NCBI GenBank assembly: GCA_002415785.1
Contig: DIAJ01000032.1
Span: 61,142-125,141 of the forward strand
Length of the DNA stretch: 64,000 nt
DNA from: Flavobacteriales bacterium UBA5081
GTDB lineage: Bacteria > Bacteroidota > Bacteroidia > Flavobacteriales_E > Vicingaceae
Direction: 5' to 3'
A program made the position numbers and the translations under genes. The notes under the pieces were generated by a model. That model worked only from the letters and a program-made list of their open reading frames with translations, was not told where the DNA came from and searched no databases. Each line of letters starts with the position of its first letter. Position 1 is the stretch's first letter. Positions 1-7,759 of this stretch are shown piece by piece.

Positions 1-83
1 TTCAATTTTATCCTCACTGGGAGATAAGAACAAATTAAAAATTAACATTAACACATTTAAAATCATAAAGTATCAGTTTAAAA

Positions 84-1169
84 TTATTCAATTTTTATTT
101 CAACTCTACGGTTTTTGGACCTACCTACCGCTGTTGAATTAGATGAAACCGGATGTTGACTCCCAAAACCAATCGTAGTTATTCGACTTTCACCAATTCC
201 TATATTCAATAAATATTCCATAACTGATTCAGCACGTTTTTCAGAAAGCAATTGATTTTCCTCTTCTTTACCTATATTATCTGTATATCCTTCAATTACG
301 ATTTCAGCCTTTTTATTAAGTTTTAAATAATCAGCTAAGCTATCAAGCAATGGAACTTTATCTTCTGCTATAATCCACTTGCCGGTTTCAAAAGTAAAGT
401 CAGGTAGAGTTATTATTGATACTTTGTCAAAGATCAACTCTTCTTTTAAAGTTTCATTTGATTTTTTAGTAATTACTTCTTTACAATAAGTGTCTACACT
501 CATATTTATAAGGCAAACGTTATCAACATAATAATATGCAAATTTTTTTCTAGGATACTTTTTACGTTTAAGCTTTTTAAATGAGTTCTTATCTCCAAAT
601 ATACCTATTGTTAAATATTGTTCAGAGCCTTCGGCTATGTATTCTCCACTAACTTTAACCCAATTTGTAGTATCAATAATATATTTGCTTGTTTTAATTT
701 GAGGTTGAAGATTTAAAATATCTGAAGTGGGACGGCTTAATTTTGATGCAGAAAATAAAGCACCAATATTTTTAGCAACTTGCATGCTATAATCTGCTAA
801 ACTAACATAAAACTCTAAGTAGTATGTTTCGCCCTCTTTTAATGATTCTACTAACCTTGTTTGTATATATTCTGCAGTAGGTCTTTGTAAAAACTGCTTA
901 CCTCCTCCCAAGCCAATATATCCATCACCCTCTTTAGTTTCTTGAAAACCATTTAAATTTCTATCAGGATGCATTTTTCGAGAACAAAAATTAAAATAAT
1001 CTGTAGTTCCTTTTGTTGGTATAATCCAGTAGTTCAAAGTCATATCACTAACTCCCTTAGGACAATACCTATACACTTCAAACCCCGGATCAAAAATTAA
1101 GTTTTGATTAAAGCAAGGAAAAGAATTTATACAAAAAATAATTATTAATCTACACCAGCTGTACCCCAT
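84..1169 (-). CDS. Exported OmpA-family protein (C-terminal OmpA/peptidoglycan-binding domain) in the immunity-gene position behind an orphan Rhs toxin tip
   Basis: 361-aa ORF with a hydrophobic N-terminus. The C-terminal ~100 aa show the OmpA_C pattern (EGYTDNIG..NQLLSEKRAESV..YL...GI...R.....GFG...P......GRSKNRRVEI). Its start overlaps the stop of 1145..2164 by 25 nt. Confidence 0.8.
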   Translation of the reverse strand: MGYSWCRLIIIFCINSFPCFNQNLIFDPGFEVYRYCPKGVSDMTLNYWIIPTKGTTDYFNFCSRKMHPDRNLNGFQETKEGDGYIGLGGGKQFLQRPTAEYIQTRLVESLKEGETYYLEFYVSLADYSMQVAKNIGALFSASKLSRPTSDILNLQPQIKTSKYIIDTTNWVKVSGEYIAEGSEQYLTIGIFGDKNSFKKLKRKKYPRKKFAYYYVDNVCLINMSVDTYCKEVITKKSNETLKEELIFDKVSIITLPDFTFETGKWIIAEDKVPLLDSLADYLKLNKKAEIVIEGYTDNIGKEEENQLLSEKRAESVMEYLLNIGIGESRITTIGFGSQHPVSSNSTAVGRSKNRRVEIKIE

Positions 1170-2164
1170 AATAACTTATGCCAAGATCTTAATAAAAAAG
1201 ATTTCTCACCCACCTGCCATTCTTCCCATGCCTTCCATCTATACCGATATCTAAAGTTTACATGTCCATGATAGCCATTAATATTATATGCTCTAAATCG
1301 CAGCCCCCATACTTGATTAGTAAGTAATGGTTTATGATTAAAAGCATTTAACATCCAGGCAGCAAGTCCAAACCTAGAGCCTGGAGAAGGATTAAACAAA
1401 CTAAATGAAGGCATTAAGTTACTTCCGGGTATATACCCTGCTCTAGCTTCAAAATAGTTGTTAGGCACAGGACTTTTTCCATCATCGTCAGAAAATAGTA
1501 ATCTTAAATGACTTGGACTTCCCATATTCTGCAAACCATTAGAAGCAAACAAAGAACGTTGATGTCCCTGTGATTTGCCCCCTGTAACGCTAAATACAGT
1601 CCCGGGAGGTGCTTCTCCATGGATTTCAATACCTGTCATACTCACTCGGCTATCATTGGCTTTACTTGCCATTTCTCTAAATAAATTAACACTACTAGTT
1701 CTATCAATAGGGTTTCCATTTGTTGCTATAGACATACTAGACCAATTTCGATCATCATTACCATAACTCCATCCTTGATTTACCATTCTACCAGCCGGCG
1801 GACCAATATTAAGACTTCTAAAATAATTTGCCAAACCTTTCCATTTACCCAAATTAATTTTTGGTAAAACAATATTTTTAAAACTAAAAGGTCGTCTTAA
1901 ACCACCTATATGCCATGGACTTATTCTTTTTAAGAATTTCCCAACTTTAGGCCAATCACCCATAGGGTCAGTCAGGTATATTGGATTATTTCTAAAAGCA
2001 TTATATGGACTCTCCCATGCAACATATTTTGGCTCATGACTTATCCACCTTCCAAGTCTTGGGTCATATCCTCTATAATAAGTTGAATAATGGTTTCCGC
2101 TGCCGCTCCATTCATCGGTTCGCTGCATTCCTTGAAACCCATACTTGTAAACCTGTTTCGTCAA
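1145..2164 (-). CDS. Orphan RHS repeat-associated core fragment plus C-terminal toxin domain of unknown type (no YD shell)
   Basis: The N-terminus YKYGFQGMQRTDEWSGSGNHY..YDPRLGRW....NNPIYLTDPMGD matches the Rhs core end motif (YxYGFxG..D.E..Y.ARxYDPxxGR...DPxG). About 260 aa of unrelated sequence follow. The core block is about 90 percent identical at nucleotide level (by eye) to the core block of 3908..4927. Confidence 0.8.
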   Translation of the reverse strand: MTKQVYKYGFQGMQRTDEWSGSGNHYSTYYRGYDPRLGRWISHEPKYVAWESPYNAFRNNPIYLTDPMGDWPKVGKFLKRISPWHIGGLRRPFSFKNIVLPKINLGKWKGLANYFRSLNIGPPAGRMVNQGWSYGNDDRNWSSMSIATNGNPIDRTSSVNLFREMASKANDSRVSMTGIEIHGEAPPGTVFSVTGGKSQGHQRSLFASNGLQNMGSPSHLRLLFSDDDGKSPVPNNYFEARAGYIPGSNLMPSFSLFNPSPGSRFGLAAWMLNAFNHKPLLTNQVWGLRFRAYNINGYHGHVNFRYRYRWKAWEEWQVGEKSFLLRSWHKLLWGTAGVD

Positions 2165-2172
2165 CAGAACTC

Positions 2173-2844
2173 TTACTCGTTTGAAAACAACACACTATCT
2201 ACAGCCTCACCTGCTCTATAAGTTATCGTTTTTAAAGTATCGCCTTTTTCCATAAAATAATAATAAACACCCTCTTTTTTCCCTTTCTCAATCTTGCCCT
2301 TCATTTGAACATTTCCATTTGAGTAATAGTCAATAAAATCACCGTTACTATTTGCTAGCTTCGTCTTCAATTGACCATTTTCATACCACATATACAGAAC
2401 ATCTTCTATAAAGTTTAATTGCTTTTCCTTTTTTCCACTTAAATAGTAATCCGTTATAATTTTAGCCTTATCATTTTGGTAATAAAAACTTCTTTCTAAA
2501 TTACCATCAACATTATATTGATAACTAGTATCGACTCTTGAGCCATTTACAAAAGTGCCTTCTGCCCTAAGCGTTCCATTTTCATACCATTTCATCATTT
2601 TCCCATTTGGCACAGAGTCTTTATATTCTATCATAGCTTTTTTTCTTCCAGACTCATAAAACTCCTCTCTCTTAATTAAATTCCCTTCATTACTTCTATA
2701 CAATACAGTTTTGGGCTGATCATTTGGGAAAGTCTCTACTACTTCTTTTTCAATTGTACTCACCCCACAAGCAATTAGATTGCAAAGAATAACTAAAAGA
2801 AATAACGGCTTAATAATCCTTAACAACATTGGTATCATTTTCAT
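2173..2844 (-). CDS. YwqK/MORN-variant repeat lipoprotein, putative immunity (antitoxin) protein
   Basis: Repeated W/YYENGxLK-type motifs (KWYENGTLRAEGTF, MWYENGQLKTK, DYYSNGNVQMKGK) are typical of YwqK-family antitoxins. A lipobox LIAC|G follows the hydrophobic stretch. The ORF extends to 2886, but the MKMIPMLL start at 2844 fits the signal peptide better. Confidence 0.7.
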   Translation of the reverse strand: MKMIPMLLRIIKPLFLLVILCNLIACGVSTIEKEVVETFPNDQPKTVLYRSNEGNLIKREEFYESGRKKAMIEYKDSVPNGKMMKWYENGTLRAEGTFVNGSRVDTSYQYNVDGNLERSFYYQNDKAKIITDYYLSGKKEKQLNFIEDVLYMWYENGQLKTKLANSNGDFIDYYSNGNVQMKGKIEKGKKEGVYYYFMEKGDTLKTITYRAGEAVDSVLFSNE

Positions 2845-3358
2845 AATATTTTTTATAAATCTGTTCACTAATTCTATTCGAATCAATATTTCCTTTAGTT
2901 ATTATTTCATTAAAGAAAATATGTAAAAATGGATGAGAACTCCCATCAGGAATTAACTTTATCGTATCTTTTTTATGATAATCCTCTGCCGTTTTCTCTA
3001 CCTGTTTTTTTACATCTTTATCATCAGCAGACTCTAAAGCAATTTTTTTATCATCTGAATACCATTCACTAATGATGTCAGCCACGTTTCCTATAAAGTC
3101 AGGTAATAACTCAAAAGGAGAGTGGTCAAAACTTGGTAAACTTAAATTCCTCCAACGACTAGTGTAATATGTTAAATCTGAGACGACGCTAACATCAAAA
3201 TGTCCATTCGGAATTATATTGGGGTCTGTAACCCAAGGCTCTGCTATTGGTGTATGATTTCTTGTATCAGGACTTGTAAGAATAAAATAATCTTGAGGAA
3301 AAGGCCTTCTCGGTCTATCCGCCGAAATAACTAATCTCATTAGAAATTTATGAATCAA
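2810..3358 (-). CDS. Stand-alone toxin C-terminal domain, paralogous to the toxin part of 3908..4927 but lacking any Rhs core or delivery region (possibly a displaced remnant)
   Basis: VISADRPRRPF...P.GH...LPS...DKDVKKQVEKTAEDYHKK aligns with VISAERPRVPF...DKDVEKQAEKAAEDYNEK of orphan 1. Homology starts abruptly at about 3336, right after the stop (3348) of the upstream immunity gene. An alternative ATG lies at 3340. Confidence 0.6.
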   Translation of the reverse strand: MIHKFLMRLVISADRPRRPFPQDYFILTSPDTRNHTPIAEPWVTDPNIIPNGHFDVSVVSDLTYYTSRWRNLSLPSFDHSPFELLPDFIGNVADIISEWYSDDKKIALESADDKDVKKQVEKTAEDYHKKDTIKLIPDGSSHPFLHIFFNEIITKGNIDSNRISEQIYKKYYENDTNVVKDY

Positions 3359-3908
3359 TCAACCGTGAAGGAATATATAACTCAAACCCTTTGTACTTAA
3401 AACCATCTTTCTTGTAGATTCCAAGTTTTCCTCTTTGATAATAACCTTTATATGGAACTTTAATTGATTCTTGCTTTAAATAGAATGTGTCTAACTTATT
3501 AAAGCTGATATAATTTGAATCGAAATCACCAATAACTAAACAAACAGAATCTTTATACTTTGAGTAATATCTAATGTTTAAATAAGAATCACTTTTCTCA
3601 ATAGAATAAAAGATACTTCTAGAAGAATCAACTTTTCCACTCTCATCATAATTTATTATTTGATTTGTATGTTGAACTCCATTCAATTTAACAGTTGTTA
3701 TTAATCTCTTTAAAATATTAAGATTTGAATCTAAATAAAACTTTACTGAATCTTCTTGCAATTTATTGCTTTCAACATTTCTTACTTCATAAAGTCCGTC
3801 GTTAAATACTATTTGGACTTCATTTTCTTTCTTCTTTTTAAAATTGCAAGAAAAGATAAATAAAACTGTTATTAAAATTATACTATAAGTTTTCATAAAA
3901 TATTTCAT
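3348..3908 (-). CDS. Small lipoprotein, putative cognate immunity protein of orphan Rhs toxin 1
   Basis: 186 aa with signal and lipobox (LITVLFIFSC). Its start codon overlaps the toxin stop in a TAATG junction at 3906-3910, which is typical toxin-immunity coupling. Confidence 0.6.
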   Translation of the reverse strand: MKYFMKTYSIILITVLFIFSCNFKKKKENEVQIVFNDGLYEVRNVESNKLQEDSVKFYLDSNLNILKRLITTVKLNGVQHTNQIINYDESGKVDSSRSIFYSIEKSDSYLNIRYYSKYKDSVCLVIGDFDSNYISFNKLDTFYLKQESIKVPYKGYYQRGKLGIYKKDGFKYKGFELYIPSRLIDS

Positions 3909-4927
3909 TAGTTATTAAATTCATCAATACCGCTCCTTAGAGTATCACCTTCCCCCCTTTCATTATATGGGTCATCTACATCAACTTCAATTTCTCTAAT
4001 AGTATCACGTGTATCATTAAACTCTCTTAAAATTTGCTTTTTCGGTTTTTTCTTTTCATTATAATCCTCTGCTGCTTTCTCTGCCTGCTTTTCTACATCT
4101 TTATCAGTAGTTGATTTCATTCTTGCTTCATCATTATAATATGCCTTAAATGCTCCAACAATTCGAGAAGTGAGATTTGCAATAAATTCCCATGGATGAA
4201 AAATATACGAAGGCAAGTCCATTGATCTGCCTGAAAGTGATGTCATAGCTTCAACCCCCTCGGCATTCCAATGACCTTCCGGAAACCGATCAGGTGCATC
4301 AGACCAAGTTCTAACACTCTGACTAGGAGCATTAGGAGTAGTAAGTGTTATGTATCCCCTTTTAAAAGGCACTCTCGGTCTTTCTGCCGAAATAACTACT
4401 TCCGGTATACTTGACTTCCACCCGGGCGGTGGTCCTTGATCTGTTGGATTTTGATTTTTAGATTTATTCCTTTTTCCATTAAATAAATCACCTATTCCTT
4501 GAAAGAAATTCTTAAACCAAGCTTTAAAGCCGGTTTTACCCATGTGTTTTTGTCCGGTAGATGTTTTACCGGTGAGTCTCTGCCACAGTGTTCTTTTTCC
4601 GGGACCTTTTGCTTCCAACCCACTTGGGTCAGTATAATAAATCGGGTTGTTGTTAAAAGTTGCATAGCTGCTTTGCCAAGGGTAAAAGACTGGGTCTGTA
4701 TTCCATCTTCTGCCGAGCCTTGGGCTGTACTCCCAATTTGGTGCTGTATAATGGTTTCCGCTGCCGCTCCACTCATCGGTTCTCTGCATACCTTGAAACC
4801 CATAGGTGTAAGCATTTAGGCAAAAAAACGGCTCGGGGGCATTCTTTTCTAGAGCGTTTCCAAAAAAATTGGCAATCACTTCTGGAGCTTCCTTTGGCTC
4901 GCAATATGTTAGTTTAAGGCATCCCAT
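3908..4927 (-). CDS. Orphan RHS repeat-associated core fragment plus C-terminal toxin domain (orphan Rhs-CT 1)
   Basis: GCLKLTY...YTYGFQGMQRTDEWSGSGNHYTAPNWEYSPRLGRRWNTDP...NNPIYYTDPSGL is an Rhs core end motif. A variable ~230-aa C-terminus follows, and there are no YD repeats upstream. Confidence 0.8.
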   Translation of the reverse strand: MGCLKLTYCEPKEAPEVIANFFGNALEKNAPEPFFCLNAYTYGFQGMQRTDEWSGSGNHYTAPNWEYSPRLGRRWNTDPVFYPWQSSYATFNNNPIYYTDPSGLEAKGPGKRTLWQRLTGKTSTGQKHMGKTGFKAWFKNFFQGIGDLFNGKRNKSKNQNPTDQGPPPGWKSSIPEVVISAERPRVPFKRGYITLTTPNAPSQSVRTWSDAPDRFPEGHWNAEGVEAMTSLSGRSMDLPSYIFHPWEFIANLTSRIVGAFKAYYNDEARMKSTTDKDVEKQAEKAAEDYNEKKKPKKQILREFNDTRDTIREIEVDVDDPYNERGEGDTLRSGIDEFNN

Positions 4928-5428
4928 TGAAGTTGCAATTTAAGAATTTCTCACTTTATAATCTGCTTAATAATTTCAATTATTGAAATGTAATCTTTGT
5001 TGAAGTAACAAAGTGCCAATATAATTATAACTGTCATAGCCTTCCAGCTTGGTAACTTAAACTCTATTCCTTCAACTCTCTTAATTTTTATCATGTCTTT
5101 TAGTTTTCCTTTATATACATTATGTCATTTTTTTCTCAGATTACCAAGGGCTATTGAGATTGCTACAAAGTTTTGACATTTTGCAAAGTGAAAATAGGAC
5201 ATAAGAAATCATTTAAAATTTAACCTATATTGCTATTAATAAACTAATTACTTAAAATGAAAAGTTTTTGAGGAACTTTAGAAAAATGCTATATTCCTAA
5301 AGTTTAGACAATTAATTGAAAAAATCGTATGACAATTTTTACCAATCTTTTTTTGTCCGAAATTTATCTTTCAACTAACGGTATTTTAACCACTTAATAA
5401 GTTCGATAGGACATTGGTTAAAATCCAC

Positions 5429-5669
5429 ACAAAAAGCAATGCCATTTGCCCGCTAAGATTGCTTTTTGTTCCGCGCTCTGCCCTGGGCTTTTTACTACCC
5501 ATTTTTTAAGCTGACCCAATAACAGCAATTGAGTACAAAAGCTGTTCCCGGACAAGGAAAAATAAGTAGTAAAAAGCTGCCATGCTAAGTAACATAATGT
5601 GCATTATAGAACTCCTCACGGCTCTTGATCTGATTAATGGTGTTGCGGGTCAGCTATAATGTACATTAT
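5429..5669. other. Densely structured noncoding segment (nested perfect stems plus two 14-bp palindromes); candidate ncRNA or recombinase/regulator binding region
   Basis: There is a perfect 12-bp stem at 5429-5440/5458-5469. A second perfect 12-bp stem at 5487-5498/5566-5577 encloses an inner stem at 5521-5526/5541-5546. A long-range pair gctgaccc/gggtcagc lies at 5510-5517/5647-5654. The palindromes are ataatgtgcattat (5594-5607) and ataatgtacattat (5656-5669). Confidence 0.35.
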
Positions 5670-5682
5670 GCTAAATAGCTCC

Positions 5683-6219
5683 CTACCCCGCTTTTCCTTG
5701 CTGATTAGCTTTGTCTTGTAGCTTTATAATCTTTAACAGTAAATAAAGGCTTCTTAAAACGGTAGTTACAATTAGACAAAGGTTAGCTATTACTATGAAG
5801 TTATAGACTTTTGCTGGATATTGACCTTCCGTTATCTTGCAGAGAGATAAAGTCAAAAATATAAACAATAAGACCAAAGAAGCACGGTAAAACACTTTGA
5901 CAGTAGGGTAATATGCTTTTGATTTAAAGAAAAGATCTCTTCCGCTATTGCTATCCTCTCTACTGTTTACTGAATCCTTGAACGTGACTATTATGGTTAA
6001 TGCTGCTAATACGAATCCTGCGAGTGAGATTGAAGTTGAGATCAAATCAGAATTAAGAGATTTCATTACGGCATTATCAAATATAGTAAGCAAAGCTTTC
6101 TGTTGCATCAGATAAACTCCCCATAATATAGCTGCAGTTACAATCAAGTCAATCAAAATAGGGACTTTCAAGTATACATCTAAGACTTTAATGTAAAAAG
6201 GAACTTTATATTTTCTCAT
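5683..6219 (-). CDS. Small integral membrane protein (about 4 TM helices), second gene of a two-gene module
   Basis: 178 aa with four hydrophobic segments (ILIDLIVTAAILWGVYL, ISLAGFVLAALTIIVTF, ASLVLLFIFLTLSL, FIVIANLCLIVTTVL). Its start overlaps the stop of the upstream gene by 4 nt (6216-6219). Confidence 0.7.
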   Translation of the reverse strand: MRKYKVPFYIKVLDVYLKVPILIDLIVTAAILWGVYLMQQKALLTIFDNAVMKSLNSDLISTSISLAGFVLAALTIIVTFKDSVNSREDSNSGRDLFFKSKAYYPTVKVFYRASLVLLFIFLTLSLCKITEGQYPAKVYNFIVIANLCLIVTTVLRSLYLLLKIIKLQDKANQQGKAG

Positions 6220-7148
6220 AAATATTTCCTCTCGTATTCAGTAATCATTTTAGGGAAAAAGTTGCTACTAACTATAACTCTAGAATTAGCCTTTTTCTCG
6301 GCAACTATTTGACTTTTCTCTTTATCAATAATTAAATCAAAAACATCTAATTTATTGTTGTTTTCTTCGTCTTCAGCTTCAACTCTAAATTGCTCAAAGT
6401 TTTCGATCTCGTCTGGTTTAGAGATAAGCTTCCTAACCCATGTCATTATTGAACCTCGAGCAATAGGAGTATCTACTTTTTCCTTGTAATCAATTTTCAT
6501 ATCGAGAGTAACATAATCAGAATTAGCATAATTCTGAGCATGATGAAGAGTTGTAGCTAACCCTTCATCAGTTTCCTTAATCCTATCAATATTATCTCTG
6601 TGAACTTTAACAACAAATTTAGAGACTCGATTAATTCTAGTTGTAATAGATTCAAGGCGATCTCTAACCAATGGGAACGCATCTACCTTCTTTACTCTTT
6701 TTGTTTCACGACCTAAATGAGATAGATACTTTACAAACTCTGTAATTCTTGCACCATAATGATTGTACTCTAAGGCTACTTGAGCTTTTGTTCGATTTCT
6801 ATAGTCAATAAGGAAATGAGTTGTTTCTAATATTCCTTGCTCTTCATCTGTTACTAAATCGCTAATGTCTTCACTAGACATATTGATTAATTGGGGAAAG
6901 ATGTCGTTCCGCACTTTAAACAGTCTCCCTTTTATGTATTTTTTGTCAGGTATAAAATCTAATTGTCCAAAAAATAAAGTGTCGTTCTCTCTTGTTAAGT
7001 ATCTAGATTTATCTTTATCTCTAACGAGTTTATTGACGTGACGAAGGCATTCTAAGTAATTATGTTCAACGCCTTCGTACTTAACAAAATCGTTAAAAGT
7101 GAGTTCATAATAATATAAACTGCGTCTAGTTGTATCGGGAGTAGTCAT
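6216..7148 (-). CDS. Soluble protein of unknown function (~310 aa), first gene of a two-gene module with the 4-TM protein
   Basis: The ORF is open to 7208, but the MTTPDTTRR start at 7148 avoids an implausible hydrophobic leader. I recognise no motif. It is translationally coupled to 5683..6219. Confidence 0.65.
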   Translation of the reverse strand: MTTPDTTRRSLYYYELTFNDFVKYEGVEHNYLECLRHVNKLVRDKDKSRYLTRENDTLFFGQLDFIPDKKYIKGRLFKVRNDIFPQLINMSSEDISDLVTDEEQGILETTHFLIDYRNRTKAQVALEYNHYGARITEFVKYLSHLGRETKRVKKVDAFPLVRDRLESITTRINRVSKFVVKVHRDNIDRIKETDEGLATTLHHAQNYANSDYVTLDMKIDYKEKVDTPIARGSIMTWVRKLISKPDEIENFEQFRVEAEDEENNNKLDVFDLIIDKEKSQIVAEKKANSRVIVSSNFFPKMITEYERKYL

Positions 7149-7313
7149 TTGTTTAAGCTTCCTTGTTATTGCAATGCAAGAAAGATAGTAAATTTTAATT
7201 ATCAACACATTTTATTGTTGGAACTCGCTACATTCCTTGCTCCAACGCAATAGCTTCCCCAAGAGCAATCCATATCCGTCTATGATTCCAACAACAAAAT
7301 GTGTTTCCTATTC

Positions 7314-7532
7314 TTAATTAATTTCAACCTCTCTGTCTGTAAATTGCATTTCTTCTACAATCTTCTGAACCATAGTTCCATCTTCAAGTTCTACATACGC
7401 TCTTAAATATTCTGATCCATCATCATTTTTCAAGGTTATATACATGTGGAACCATCCTCTTACGTATTCTTGATTTTGATATCCCGGAGGATATTTTCTA
7501 AACTTCACTGGTCTTAAATCTTCTTTTTTCAT
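7314..7532 (-). CDS. Small hypothetical protein (72 aa)
   Basis: An intact ORF with non-repetitive, charged and balanced composition, flanked by long hairpins. No recognisable motif. Confidence 0.45.
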   Translation of the reverse strand: MKKEDLRPVKFRKYPPGYQNQEYVRGWFHMYITLKNDDGSEYLRAYVELEDGTMVQKIVEEMQFTDREVEIN

Positions 7533-7759
7533 TTTATTTATTTTTTTAATTCATATATCTATTATACCGTTTAGAGCTTAGAAGTTTTAAAAGATCACTC
7601 TTTTTTAATGAATAAAATTTGGTTGGGGGGTGTCAGTGTGTTTTGTTCATTAAAAAAGAGTAATCCAAACGCTTTCCGGGCTTTATGCGGAGCAAAAGAG
7701 TAGGCAAAGTGCGGAAGGTTAGCAGTCAATTTGATGCGAAGTTAAAACCATAATGATAA

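Noticed and set aside
4492-4917. Three ORFs (4492..4815 minus, 4499..4819 plus, 4660..4917 plus) overlapping orphan Rhs-CT 1
   Set aside because: They lie inside or antisense to the well-supported Rhs core ORF. Their translations are Cys/Ser/Leu-rich with no motif, so they are shadow ORFs.
4951-5094. 47-aa minus-strand ORF (MIKIKRVEGIEFKLPSWKAMTVIIIILALCYFNKDYISIIEIIKQIIK) 24 nt upstream of orphan Rhs-CT 1
   Set aside because: It is too short and AT-driven to support without expression or conservation data. It could be a small membrane protein, but I do not call it.
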